From contig CAWJMT010000037.1 of NCBI GenBank assembly GCA_963844035.1, positions 32,001 through 96,000 of the forward strand: 64,000 nt of DNA, read 5' to 3'. Source of the DNA: an uncultured Gemmatimonadales bacterium. GTDB lineage: Bacteria > Gemmatimonadota > Gemmatimonadetes > Gemmatimonadales > GWC2-71-9. Shown piece after piece: positions 52,150 through 62,352 of the stretch (positions within the stretch are counted from its first letter, which is position 1; the number at the start of each line of letters is the position of its first letter). The position numbers and the translations under genes were made by a program. The notes beneath the pieces were generated by a model. It was not told the DNA's origin. It worked only from the letters and a program-made list of their open reading frames with translations, and did not search any database.

Positions 52150-54144
52150 TCAGGGCAGACTGATTCGATATACGGCCGGCATGAAGATCCCACGCCCCCG
52201 GTCGCTTGCGAAGTAGACGCTGCGCCCGTCTTCGGCCCAGGCAGGCTGGTTGTCGTTTCCCGTGCTGCGGCTGAGCTGCCGCTCGGCGCCGCTGGCGAGG
52301 TCGCGGAGCCATACGGTGTCCCACCCGCCGACCCGCCGCGAGAACACGAGTTGCGCGCCATCTGGCGAGTAGCGCGGGCCGCGCTCGTCGCCCCGCGCTG
52401 CCACGAGCGGGCGCAGCACGCCGCGCCCCAGATCGAGCTCGTGGAGGTGCCAGTGCCCCGCGCTGAGCCGCGCGAACGCCACGCGCCCGCCGTCCGGTGA
52501 GAGCGCCGGATCGGCGATCTCACCATCCGCGAGGGGCAGCGCGTGCCCCTGCCCGGGCGCGTCGAGGAGATACAACCGACCATTACACACCGCGACCAAG
52601 CGACGCCCATCGCTGGAGCTCGAGGGCAGCCCGCAGCTGAGATCCGCCGGGCTCCAATCCGTTCCGGACCCCGCGTGGACCCGGACCACGCGCGAGCGCC
52701 CGCCGGTCGCGATCTCGACGAACAAGTCCCGGCCCGCCGCGAACGCCGGGGCGAGCTGATGTCCATCCGCGGGAACCCCGGACGGCACGGCGCCGCGCAG
52801 CTGATAGTGGGCGCAGCCGGCGCACCCCAACACAGCGTAGACGAGCGCGCCACCCCCCGCCGTCGGCGACTCGAGGTGGAAGCCGTCCCAGGCCACCGGG
52901 ACGGCCCCGTCGACCGCGTGCGGGCGTGCGGCCCAGCCGGCATGCGCGAGCGAGACAATGACGATCGTGACCGCCGCGGCACGAGGCAGCCGCCACGGTC
53001 GCACCTCGCGCAACAGCAGGAAGAACAGCGCGGCCAGCGCGCAGAGCCGCAGGTGCAGCATCGGCCACGCATCAACGAGCGGCGACACCGCGAACAGGTA
53101 CAACCCGAGGGCCGCCGCCAGCGGACCCCAGCGGCGTTGGCGCCAGAGCTGCGGGATCCAACACGCGACGGGGACAATCGCCAGGAACGTATGGTAGGAA
53201 AACGCCGACGTGGACAGGAGGAGGAGCGCCAGCACCATCAGGCTGAGGGCCGGCGCGTCGCTGCGGTCGCGAATCGTGTAGAGGAGCAGGGCGAGCAGCG
53301 CCAGCAGCGACCCGACGCGCAGGAAATCGAACAGGAACGGTGAGTCGAGCAGCGGGTGTGGGTTCAGGGTCGGCTCGCGCACCAGCAGCACGCGCAGCAC
53401 GCTGGTCCAGCTCTGGAGCGCCGGGTGGAACGGCGTGTCGGTTTGGCCGGCGAGCGAGGCAGGGAGGATGCTCGCGAAGTAGTGCTCGTGGAGCGGCCAG
53501 CCGAGCACCCCGATGGACACGGCGTAGGTGATTGCGATTGCGGCCGCGAATGCCAGTGCCGCCCGCCACTCGCGCCGGACGAGCAGGTACGCGAGGAGCG
53601 GAGCGGGATAGAGCTTGAGGGCGGTCCCCAGGCCCAGCAACGCTCCCGCGCCCAAAGAGCGGCCGTTGCGCAGCAGCAGGAGCGCCACGGCGATGAGGAG
53701 CGTGAGCGCGATGTAGAACTGCCCGAACAGAAAGTTGTCGTGGAGGCTGGTCCCGGAGAGGGCGGCGAGCGCGAGTCCGGCCCACAGCGGCAGGCCGCCG
53801 AGGCGCCGCAGCGCCAGGAGCAGCGCGATGAGCATCACCAGGTTGGCGGCGGTCCACGCGGTCTTGGCCGCGATGGGGTCCAGTCCGCCGATGGGGACGA
53901 GCGGCAGCGCCGCGGGGGGCGGGAAGTAGTTGAACCCGCCCAGGGCGCGGTGGATCCCTGCGTATTCCATCTGCCGCTGAAACCAGGAGAACTCGTACAG
54001 GCGCGCGGTGGACTCGCCGCGCACGATCAACCGCGCAGGGATGTAATAGTTCGAGAAATCCGTTTCGATGCGGCGGGCGGCCGGGAGGACGGCGCTCCAG
54101 AGGATGTAGGCGAGACTCACCCCGGCGACGAGAATCTGTCGCAC
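52150..54144 (-). CDS. Glycosyltransferase family 87 (DUF2029) fused to TolB-like PD40 repeats
   Basis: TDFSNYY, FNYFPP, GQF, LKLYP; C-terminal PALSPDG, PRYSPDG, PAWAEDG; GTG start at 54144. Confidence 0.85.
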   Translation of the reverse strand: MRQILVAGVSLAYILWSAVLPAARRIETDFSNYYIPARLIVRGESTARLYEFSWFQRQMEYAGIHRALGGFNYFPPPAALPLVPIGGLDPIAAKTAWTAANLVMLIALLLALRRLGGLPLWAGLALAALSGTSLHDNFLFGQFYIALTLLIAVALLLLRNGRSLGAGALLGLGTALKLYPAPLLAYLLVRREWRAALAFAAAIAITYAVSIGVLGWPLHEHYFASILPASLAGQTDTPFHPALQSWTSVLRVLLVREPTLNPHPLLDSPFLFDFLRVGSLLALLALLLYTIRDRSDAPALSLMVLALLLLSTSAFSYHTFLAIVPVACWIPQLWRQRRWGPLAAALGLYLFAVSPLVDAWPMLHLRLCALAALFFLLLREVRPWRLPRAAAVTIVIVSLAHAGWAARPHAVDGAVPVAWDGFHLESPTAGGGALVYAVLGCAGCAHYQLRGAVPSGVPADGHQLAPAFAAGRDLFVEIATGGRSRVVRVHAGSGTDWSPADLSCGLPSSSSDGRRLVAVCNGRLYLLDAPGQGHALPLADGEIADPALSPDGGRVAFARLSAGHWHLHELDLGRGVLRPLVAARGDERGPRYSPDGAQLVFSRRVGGWDTVWLRDLASGAERQLSRSTGNDNQPAWAEDGRSVYFASDRGRGIFMPAVYRISLP

Positions 54145-54188
54145 ACGGCTGCGTCCCGGCGGCGCCGGGGGCTGCACGCTGCTCGTAC

Positions 54189-55445
54189 TCAGTCGGCCGC
54201 TGTGTCGGCGTGCCGCGTGGCCGTCTCCGAGTGCCGTGCGGCCTCGAGTGGAGGCTTGCTCAGCACGCCGCAGCAGCGCGCACAGGCGGGCAATGTCCCT
54301 CCGGCCCGCTGCAGCGTCTGACGAAACCCGCGGAAGCGCTCGTGGTTCCACAGGTCCGACAGCGGTGTCGTCTGGATGTTGCCGATCGGGAAGTTGTAGC
54401 AGCGGTTCTGGGCGGGGATCACGCTGCCGTCTGTTCTGATCATCATCATGTTCCACGGATCGGTGCATCGCGGACCCGTGACGGGCGTCAGGGGCTCGTG
54501 GTACAACGCGTCGATGCCTTCGCGGCTGGTGAAATCGGGGCTGATGGTGACGCGGGGGAGGGCGGGGCCGCGCGAGCGCACATAGGCGCGTACACGTTGC
54601 AGCTCGGCCCAGATCGCGCCGGTGTCAAAGGTCGCGGGGTCCATGGCACCCAGGTTCGAGCGCGTCACGGGCAGATCCGCACCGTACCTCGCGTTGTGAG
54701 CCTGGGCCATGCCGTCGGTGATGAAGTTGAGATGCGAGATGTGGATCGATTCCGGCTGCAGCGGCTCGACCGCCTGAATGAACTCCAGGAGGTGGCCATA
54801 GTTCTCGTCGGTGATCGTGAGCGAGAGCTGCAACTTGGGGTACCGCCGCTTGAGGCGGGCCTTGGTGGCGGTCAGGAGCTCCGCTCCGCGGTACAGCTTC
54901 TCGAACGAGTCACGACTGCCGCGGATCCGGTTGTGCACGTGGGCGGGCCCATCCACCGAGAGCGCGAGTCCGTGCAGGCCACTCTCCACCAGGGCGGGCG
55001 CCAATCGCGGCAGCATGGTGCCGTTGCTGATGATGACGCAGTACAGGCCTTCCCGTACGATGGCACGTGTGAACTCGATGATCTCGGGATGGATCAGGGG
55101 CTCGGTGCTGCCGATGGACACGTGGGGGCGGGGTCGGAACGCGCGCGCCTGACGCAGGATCCCGTGGAGCATGTCCAACGTCATGTTGTGCGGGTTCGGT
55201 CCTATCAAGTTCGCCCAAAACGCCGTCCCGTTCTCCCCCAAACCGACGTCGCACATCTTGCAGTGCAGGTTGCACACGTTGTTGACGGTGAGTACCAGCC
55301 ACTCGGGTGAATGGCGGCAGCGGCCATCCAGGCGGTCGTAGTCGTCGCCGCGGAGACGCCGAAGCAGGCGCCGCGAAACACGGGCGATGCCGTGTCGGTC
55401 GAGCCGCCTGAGTCGCGCGAGTGTGTGAGAGAGGCTGTTTGCCAT
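54189..55445 (-). CDS. Radical SAM protein with SPASM/twitch domain
   Basis: CNLHCKMC, EPL, SNG, SVDG; CTDPW...DGSVIP...C...CARCC. Confidence 0.92.
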   Translation of the reverse strand: MANSLSHTLARLRRLDRHGIARVSRRLLRRLRGDDYDRLDGRCRHSPEWLVLTVNNVCNLHCKMCDVGLGENGTAFWANLIGPNPHNMTLDMLHGILRQARAFRPRPHVSIGSTEPLIHPEIIEFTRAIVREGLYCVIISNGTMLPRLAPALVESGLHGLALSVDGPAHVHNRIRGSRDSFEKLYRGAELLTATKARLKRRYPKLQLSLTITDENYGHLLEFIQAVEPLQPESIHISHLNFITDGMAQAHNARYGADLPVTRSNLGAMDPATFDTGAIWAELQRVRAYVRSRGPALPRVTISPDFTSREGIDALYHEPLTPVTGPRCTDPWNMMMIRTDGSVIPAQNRCYNFPIGNIQTTPLSDLWNHERFRGFRQTLQRAGGTLPACARCCGVLSKPPLEAARHSETATRHADTAAD

Positions 55446-55520
55446 GCAGCTATCGTTCGTGAAGGTACATCCCCAGATAGGGGGCCGTGAATGGGCGAAT
55501 TCGAGTTGTTATACCGCGCA

Positions 55521-56108
55521 TCAAATCTTCTTCAGGAGGAATTGCCGGTTGCGCTGTAAGACAAGCTCGACTGACCCCGTGGCCACGAACTCGTCTACCG
55601 CCCGCACGATGCTTCCCTCCCACCAGCCGTCCTCGGTGTAGTCATCGCCCGAGATGTAGCCGCCCGGCTTCACGATGTTCAAGCACAAGGCCAGGTCCCG
55701 TTTCACGTATTCGTACACGTGGTTGCCGTCGATGTAGACCCAGTCGAAGGATGCCTCGGGGAACCGCGGCAGCACGGCATCCGAGCGCCCGCGATGAACC
55801 TTCACTCGGCCGTCGAATTGAAAGCGCGCGCATACACTGCGGTAGCGTTCGTCCATCTCCGCTTGCCCGCCCGGTGCCCCGCCACCGTAGAGCGCGTGTC
55901 GGTAGGTGTCGGATTCTTCGTATTGCCATGGATCGATCAGGTGGAGCTCGCGAGGAGATGTCGTCCGCAGGATCAGTTCCGAGAAATCGCCCGCGTGTAC
56001 CCCTATTTCGGCGCACACCGCATGCGTCGGCAGCATCTTCAGTAAGAACTCCCGCCCGTGGCGCGGCGTGAGGGCGAGCGCGCGGGCGAGTCGTTCGAGG
56101 ATACTCAC
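55521..56108 (-). CDS. Class I SAM-dependent methyltransferase (Methyltransf_24-like)
   Basis: AEIGVHAG, IDPW, FDWVYIDGNH, KPGGYISGDDY. Confidence 0.9.
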   Translation of the reverse strand: MSILERLARALALTPRHGREFLLKMLPTHAVCAEIGVHAGDFSELILRTTSPRELHLIDPWQYEESDTYRHALYGGGAPGGQAEMDERYRSVCARFQFDGRVKVHRGRSDAVLPRFPEASFDWVYIDGNHVYEYVKRDLALCLNIVKPGGYISGDDYTEDGWWEGSIVRAVDEFVATGSVELVLQRNRQFLLKKI

Positions 56109-57592
56109 GGGTTTGGCGCGTAGTACAGGCGGACCCAGACGCTGTCCTGATGAAACACCTCGCGAGGGTCGCGAGCGAGGACCTGGGCGGCGAGACCGGT
56201 CTCGATGGCGTTCGTCGGCACGAAGTCACTCCACAGCACGATCCATTGGGGGCGCCCGCCGGTCGGGGCGGTGCTCGTCGTCTCTCCATACCGCCCAAGC
56301 TCCAGGCTCGCGAAGCTCACCAGGCGATCCTTGCTGCGGCGGGAGTGAACGAAGATGCGCTGGTAGTCCTCGGGCTTGGCCATGTCGAGGTCCCGCAGGG
56401 TCTCGAGCGCCTGTTCTACGGCCGCGGGGCCCCGCTGCCGCTCCAGCCGGACGAGTGCGCGCTCGGCGTCGGCTCCCCGGCCGCGTGCCAGTACAGCGAC
56501 GGTGTCGCCCGGTGGGACCTGGCTGTCGACGTATCGCGCGACCCGGTAAGACAGCGCGAGGTGCGGCTCGCGGGTTGCCCGCTGGATCATGCGGTCGGCA
56601 GCCCACAGGCCCACCGAGACGGTGAGTATCGTCGCCAGTTCCCGGAAACGGGGGAGCGCGCCCAGGCCGAGGGTTGCGAGTATCGCGACGCCCACCAGCG
56701 GGATGTGTGCCTCGCGCCCGGTCACGACTTGGTCGGGCCGGTCCCCGACGCCGTGCGCTGAGAACAGGATGGCGACGAGGAAGAGCGCGAGAGCGGCGAG
56801 GAGCATCTGGAACGGTGCGGTCTTCAGCAGGCGCTTCCGCAGCACCACGACGGCGCCCCCCGCGGCGAGGAGCAGGGTCGGCACCGTGCTTCCGCGCATG
56901 GTCCCCGACACCAGGTGCGCCCAGCGCAACAGGCGTTCCGGGCTCGACCAGCGTTCGATGGCGTAGCTGCCAGCGGGCGTGATGCCGACGTTGTAGACCA
57001 TCCATCCGAGCGGAGCCCATCCAAACAGGGCGCCGGCCGCGAGGAGGGCTCGCGGCGTGCGGTTGTGCGCGTTCACGTACGCCAGGGCGAGGACCGGGCA
57101 GGCGATCCAGGCCTCGTAGCGGCTCAGACACGCCAATCCCAGACTCAAGCTCGCGAGGTACCACCGCTCCGTGAACGCGAAATAGAACCCGAACAGCATC
57201 CCCGCCAGCATGAGGATCTCCGGGTAGGGGACGATGGAGTCCACGAGCACCAGCGGCGTCGCAAGGAATAGGAACGAACCGTCGAGGGCGACGCGGGGCG
57301 GCACGAGCGTCGAGAGCAGGAGATAGAATCCCGCGCCGGCCACCGAACCCACGACGGCCATGAAGCACTGCACGGGGAGGGGGCCGCGCGACAGGACCGC
57401 GAGATAGTGAATCGCTGCCTGCAACAAGGGAAGGTTGTGTGACAGGACAATGTGGTCTGCCTTCGCGAGCCGGGCGATCGTGTCCCCGCCGAAGATGATC
57501 GGGTGGCGATAGATGAGGTACAAACGAACGACGAGGCCGGCGGCGAGAATGAGCGAGAGATACGTCGCCTGAGTGCGACGGTCAGGCGTCAT
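56105..57592 (-). CDS. Polytopic membrane protein, GT-C (ArnT/PMT-like) glycosyltransferase
   Basis: FGGD after TM1, PYPE, LSRYEAW, about 11 TM segments plus a soluble C-terminal domain. Confidence 0.65.
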   Translation of the reverse strand: MTPDRRTQATYLSLILAAGLVVRLYLIYRHPIIFGGDTIARLAKADHIVLSHNLPLLQAAIHYLAVLSRGPLPVQCFMAVVGSVAGAGFYLLLSTLVPPRVALDGSFLFLATPLVLVDSIVPYPEILMLAGMLFGFYFAFTERWYLASLSLGLACLSRYEAWIACPVLALAYVNAHNRTPRALLAAGALFGWAPLGWMVYNVGITPAGSYAIERWSSPERLLRWAHLVSGTMRGSTVPTLLLAAGGAVVVLRKRLLKTAPFQMLLAALALFLVAILFSAHGVGDRPDQVVTGREAHIPLVGVAILATLGLGALPRFRELATILTVSVGLWAADRMIQRATREPHLALSYRVARYVDSQVPPGDTVAVLARGRGADAERALVRLERQRGPAAVEQALETLRDLDMAKPEDYQRIFVHSRRSKDRLVSFASLELGRYGETTSTAPTGGRPQWIVLWSDFVPTNAIETGLAAQVLARDPREVFHQDSVWVRLYYAPNP

Positions 57593-58517
57593 CGTAGCCG
57601 AGCTTCGCGAGGGTGGGCCCCAGCAGTCGCTGGAGCTCGGCCGTTTGCGCGGCGTCGAGGTCGGTGCGCCACCGTCCAATCGACGTCTGATGCACGGCTT
57701 CGCGGACGCCTTGGAGGTGGACCATTCGCTCGACGTCGCCGAAGTGGAGACCGAGCTCGTGATGACGCAGCATGCGCTCGTCGAAGGTCAGGCCCAGGAA
57801 CGTCGCGACCCCCTGGATGGTCTCGCGGGGCGAACGCACGAGGTTCTCATAGCGAATCTCGAGATACTGCCCGGGGTGGCGGGCGCCGAACGCCCGGGCA
57901 GCACGCACGGCTTTGACCCAGTGGCGGGCAGTCGCCGGTAGCGCATCCTTGTAGATCCGCATGAACGATCCCACCACGTCCCGTCCGTCCCGGAGTATGT
58001 GGATCACTCGGAGATCGGGGAAGATCGCGGGCAGCGCGCGCAGCACAAACGTATTGCCCGGCGTCTTGTCCCCCCATCGGATCGCCGACGGCTTGTGTTG
58101 CCTCAGGTGCGCGCGGTACACCGCCTCCAGCACCGCGGCGAGGTCGCGTCCCGCCCGCGGGCGAGCGTCCACCTCGCGAAACACGTCGTCGAGATCGAGC
58201 TCCCATCTCCCCCACGCCGGATGATGCTCGAATCCGCCCACAATGATGCGCAGCACGACGTTCCACGGGGCGCGGCAATACCATCGGTAGTCCCGTACGG
58301 TGGCGCGGAGGTCGTTCTCGGGAGGGATGTGAACGTCGGGATGCGCTTCGAGCATGGCGCGCAGCAGCGTCGAGCCGCAGCGGCCGGACCCTACGATAAA
58401 GAAGGGCCCGTAGCGTTCCGGGCCGTGCAGCGGCCACCCACCGACGAGCACGGGGATGTGGCGAAGCACCTGACGGAGGGAGCGATTCACCTCGGGCGCG
58501 GAGTCCTGGAGGGCCAC
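57582..58517 (-). CDS. Sulfotransferase
   Basis: FIVGSGRCGSTLL, WGDKTP, HILRDGRDVVGS, RYENLV, SIGRWR. Confidence 0.92.
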   Translation of the reverse strand: MALQDSAPEVNRSLRQVLRHIPVLVGGWPLHGPERYGPFFIVGSGRCGSTLLRAMLEAHPDVHIPPENDLRATVRDYRWYCRAPWNVVLRIIVGGFEHHPAWGRWELDLDDVFREVDARPRAGRDLAAVLEAVYRAHLRQHKPSAIRWGDKTPGNTFVLRALPAIFPDLRVIHILRDGRDVVGSFMRIYKDALPATARHWVKAVRAARAFGARHPGQYLEIRYENLVRSPRETIQGVATFLGLTFDERMLRHHELGLHFGDVERMVHLQGVREAVHQTSIGRWRTDLDAAQTAELQRLLGPTLAKLGYDDA

Positions 58518-58530
58518 CTCAATCGGGGAC

Positions 58531-60194
58531 CTACTTCCCCATCAGATGATACGCGTACAGCCCCTGCCCATGATCGCTCGTCGTGACGCCGGCCGGGAGG
58601 CATTCGATGAAGTAGTGGAGCGGCACCCAGCTGAAATCCGGATCCTTGGCCGTTACGAACACGAGCCCCACCCCCCCATGCGGCTGACGGCGGAACAACG
58701 ATCGCAGCGATTGATGGACTTGCGCGTTGGGAGCGAGGACAATGTCCTGGCGGTCAACGACACACCCGTCTTGATCCACCAATTCACAACTGAAGCCGGC
58801 GGAGTCATGGTAGTCCCACGCGTGTGACACGTTCGCGAAATTGATGTAGGTCTCGAGCGCGTCCGTACAGAAGTAGGGGAGCACCATGAACACCGTTTGA
58901 TATCTGAGGACCCACGCCGGCCGCACAAAGCCGCGCGGTGAATGCCACGGCACCGAGGCACCAACCTGGGTCGACTCGCGGGCGTTGGGACCGTCGTAGC
59001 GCACCTGACCGTGCAGACTGGTGGCGAACCGGCCGTCGGCCGTACAGGGCTCGGCGTGGTAGATCTCGAAATGCCCCTCGAACGTCTCGCCTGGCCCCAG
59101 GTTGAGATAGTCCCGGAAATCGAGGTGTACGAAGCCGCGCGGCGGTATGCGGGCGGCGCGTCGGTTATGTAAGACCAGAACTCCCTGCGCGTCGTAGATC
59201 AGCAGCCCGACGATCTTCTCCGTGTCCTCGAGCTCCGTGTTGAAGAGGATCACCGACGTCGTCAAGGCGTCGGTCAGGAGGAGCGAATGGGGGAACATGA
59301 AGCCCTTCCCGAGGCGCTCGTGATCGGCGGCCGGGTACGTGTTGCGCGCGACCTTGGACATGTAGAACGAGTGGTCGAGCGAGAAAGCGCCCGTGCGTCG
59401 ATCGGTCGTCTTCACGAGGAAACGATAGCGCCGCAGATCGTCGGGGTAAGACTTGACGAGGATATTGCCGGGGCCGCCATTCAGGAACGCGCGCGCGTTC
59501 GGGAAGGCCTCGCGAATCGGCACCTCGAGGACCTGATGCGGTCCCAGGCCCGGCAGGCGCACCGACAGCGCCTCGCCGGCTGCGTTCCGCAGCTCGAGGG
59601 GGATGTTGCGCCACCCGTGCTCGTAGCTCTGGAGCACCAGTGCGCTGGCTGACCGATCGTCTTCGAACACGGCGATCGCGCCGGCATAGGTGTGGTTGCG
59701 GTGGGTCAGCTCCCGCGCCGCCCATTCGACCTCCCGCAGCAATCGCCAGGGCAGCGGCGCTGCACCGGTCGCCATGTTGGCGTGGGTGCAGGTGCAGGTG
59801 CGTCGCTCGTCGGTCCACAGCAGGAAGGCGTCCGGCGAGGTATCGGACTCGAGGAGCACATCGTCGAGCGAATCTCCGGCCACATCCCAGCAGTGGATCG
59901 CGAACTCCATCGAGCCCGTGACGATCTGATCGGAGGATAGGAAATCCGTGGAGGCGAGCCTCGCAAACGGCCGCCGTGCCCGGGTACCGCGTTCGTGGAT
60001 TCGTGGAGAATGGTTCCGTTGGCGGCGCGGATCGTGACTGCGATATCGTAGCCGTCGACCGTCCGGCCCAGATCGGTGAGGCGCCGCCTCAGGATCTCCA
60101 GGACGATGAGGATGGTCGTGTAGTAGCCGTCGCCATGCACGAGGTACTCCACGTAGCCGAGGCGCTTCACTCCGCGCCAGGGAAGTACTGCCAC
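58531..60194 (-). CDS. Hypothetical protein of four repeated beta-sandwich-like modules (frameshift near 59960)
   Basis: ORFs 59706-60194 and 58531-59910 join; recurring module pattern. Confidence 0.65.
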
Positions 60195-60195
60195 C

Positions 60196-61224
60196 TCAGT
60201 CGCGCTGTTCGAGCGCCGTGAACATCTTGTCGAGGAAGGGCAAGGCGTCGTTCGGATCGTCGGTCAGCTTCAGCTTCCAGCCGCCTCCCGCAGCCACCCG
60301 CCGCAAGGCCTCATCCACGCCGTCCCCGAACATGGTGCGGGCGATCCCCAAACCGTTGCGCAGGAAGGTCTCGACCTCTTTGGGTGCCACCGGAGTCAGG
60401 GATGCCTGTCCCCCGTTGCGCTCGAGCAGACACACGCCCACATGCGGTGCCATCGGCGCGCCGCCCCCCGCGCCCGACCACGCATAGGGGAATTGGATGA
60501 AGAGCTTCTCGGTGCCGTTCGCCACGAGCGACGGGACGTCGCCGGCGAGCTCGGGAAAGCGCGCGCGGGCCTGCGGGGTCAGGTACACCTGGCCCGGGAT
60601 CTCGCCCCACACGCGGAACTCGGGACGCAGCTGGATATGCGCCACGTCGTCCGACAACACGCGCAGACCGCGGCGGTGCGCTTCGAATGCGATCGTGCTC
60701 TTTCCCGTTCCCGCCGGGCCCGCCAGCAGCAACCCCACCTGCCCGCGCGCGATGAATGCCGCGTGTACGGGATAGCGGTTATGGGTATCGACGAGCGGCA
60801 CCGTCATGGTGTGCAGCACCGCATACTCGAAGTGCGCCCGGTCCGCGAGCAGCGCGGGGGTGAAGTACACGACCGAGTCCTGGCGGTCCATATCCATGAG
60901 CCCCACGCTTCCGGCCGTGTGGATGAGCAGCCGACGCGGGTCGACCAGGCGCCAGATCACTTTTGCATGCGAGGCGGCGCCCTCAACGTCGTCATGCACG
61001 ATCAGCCTGACCCGCACCGAACCCTGATCGATCAGCTCAGGGCTCTGGAGCAGTGCCCGCCACTCGCCGAACGTTTCCTCCACCGCCTCGAGTACCGCCG
61101 CGCTGTTCGATTCGTACCGCACCATCACGCCGAGGACGGGCAGCTCGAGGACGTGGCGCAGCGGAACGTTGAGATACACCGGATCCGACGCCGCCGGTCG
61201 GTCAAATTGGATAGGCGAACTCAT
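60196..61224 (-). CDS. HPr kinase-related P-loop kinase
   Basis: VHAA, GPAGTGKST, VLSDD. Confidence 0.8.
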   Translation of the reverse strand: MSSPIQFDRPAASDPVYLNVPLRHVLELPVLGVMVRYESNSAAVLEAVEETFGEWRALLQSPELIDQGSVRVRLIVHDDVEGAASHAKVIWRLVDPRRLLIHTAGSVGLMDMDRQDSVVYFTPALLADRAHFEYAVLHTMTVPLVDTHNRYPVHAAFIARGQVGLLLAGPAGTGKSTIAFEAHRRGLRVLSDDVAHIQLRPEFRVWGEIPGQVYLTPQARARFPELAGDVPSLVANGTEKLFIQFPYAWSGAGGGAPMAPHVGVCLLERNGGQASLTPVAPKEVETFLRNGLGIARTMFGDGVDEALRRVAAGGGWKLKLTDDPNDALPFLDKMFTALEQRD

Positions 61225-61271
61225 GTCGAAAGCATTTTAGCGAGGGGTTCCACGTTTGGGTAGCTTCTGTT

Positions 61272-62339
61272 ATGGAAGCAGAAATCGATGCGCGCCTCGC
61301 GCGTTTCAGTGTGACTCGCGATGCGAGCGACCTCTGGCCCGCCGTGCCCGTGGCGTCGTTTCGCGCGGCTCAAGAAGAGGTGGCGCGAGTGGCCAGCGCT
61401 GTCTTACCCGGTGCTTCCCCTCTCGTTCCGATGCAGCGGTCTCACACCGTGGACGCGCAGGCGCTGAACGCCGCCGCGTTCGCCGGGGGTATGGGCCCGC
61501 TGATCGGGTACTGGTGCGAGATGGGCTGGGTCGCCGCCGACCGGGAGGTCGCGGAGCAGTTCGCCACGGCGCTCGATCACGGCCGGCGCCGCGCCACGCG
61601 CATGCGCCAAGCCCTGGAGCAAATCGCCGCACGGCTCGCCGATCGGGGGATCGACGTCGTCGTGATCAATAGCGCGCACACCCGGCACTGCTATTTCCCG
61701 GACCCGGGCACCCGCACATCGGCCGACGTCGACTTGCTCATGCGACCGTCGGACCGGGCTGCCGCACGCGCCGCGCTCCAAGATCTGGGGTACCAGCGGG
61801 CCACGTCGTCCGCCCGTTCTCGCCAGAGTGGCTGGACTCCGCCGGGCCCCGCCGGGAGGGTGCAATCGCTCGACTTCGCTCATGCGGACGATCCCTGGTC
61901 GGTGCGCCTGCACGAGACGCTCGATCGCGGGCTTGGCACTCCCGATCCCTCGGCCGAGGTGGCGTGGCCCGAGGTCGGCCGCACCGTCCGGGTGCTGCGA
62001 CACCCCCTCCTGTTCGCCCATCTGGCGCTGCGCGCGTCGCGGAAATTCCCGATGATCATGCTGGTCCAGCTCGTCGAGCTCGCCTGCGTCGCGCGGCAGG
62101 ATATGGCACGCCGTCCGGCCGCGTGGGAAGCGTTCGACGAGCTGGTGGCTCGGACGGGCACCGCAGGCGCTCTATTCCCGGCGCTCGATCTGACGGAGCG
62201 GCTCGTCCCGGGCACGGTCGATCCGGCGGTGCTCGAGCGCGCCGCGGCTGCCGCGTCGGGCCGGGTACGCCGCGCGGTCCGGGCCGCGACGCCCGCAACA
62301 ACGCTGCGCATGCACCCGCTTCCTGCTCGTCGCGGCTAG
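61272..62339 (+). CDS. Nucleotidyltransferase family protein (NTP_transf_5-like)
   Basis: YFPDPGTRTSADVDLL, VRLH, HLAL. Confidence 0.8.
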   Translation: MEAEIDARLARFSVTRDASDLWPAVPVASFRAAQEEVARVASAVLPGASPLVPMQRSHTVDAQALNAAAFAGGMGPLIGYWCEMGWVAADREVAEQFATALDHGRRRATRMRQALEQIAARLADRGIDVVVINSAHTRHCYFPDPGTRTSADVDLLMRPSDRAAARAALQDLGYQRATSSARSRQSGWTPPGPAGRVQSLDFAHADDPWSVRLHETLDRGLGTPDPSAEVAWPEVGRTVRVLRHPLLFAHLALRASRKFPMIMLVQLVELACVARQDMARRPAAWEAFDELVARTGTAGALFPALDLTERLVPGTVDPAVLERAAAAASGRVRRAVRAATPATTLRMHPLPARRG

Positions 62340-62352
62340 CGCCCGAGCGATC

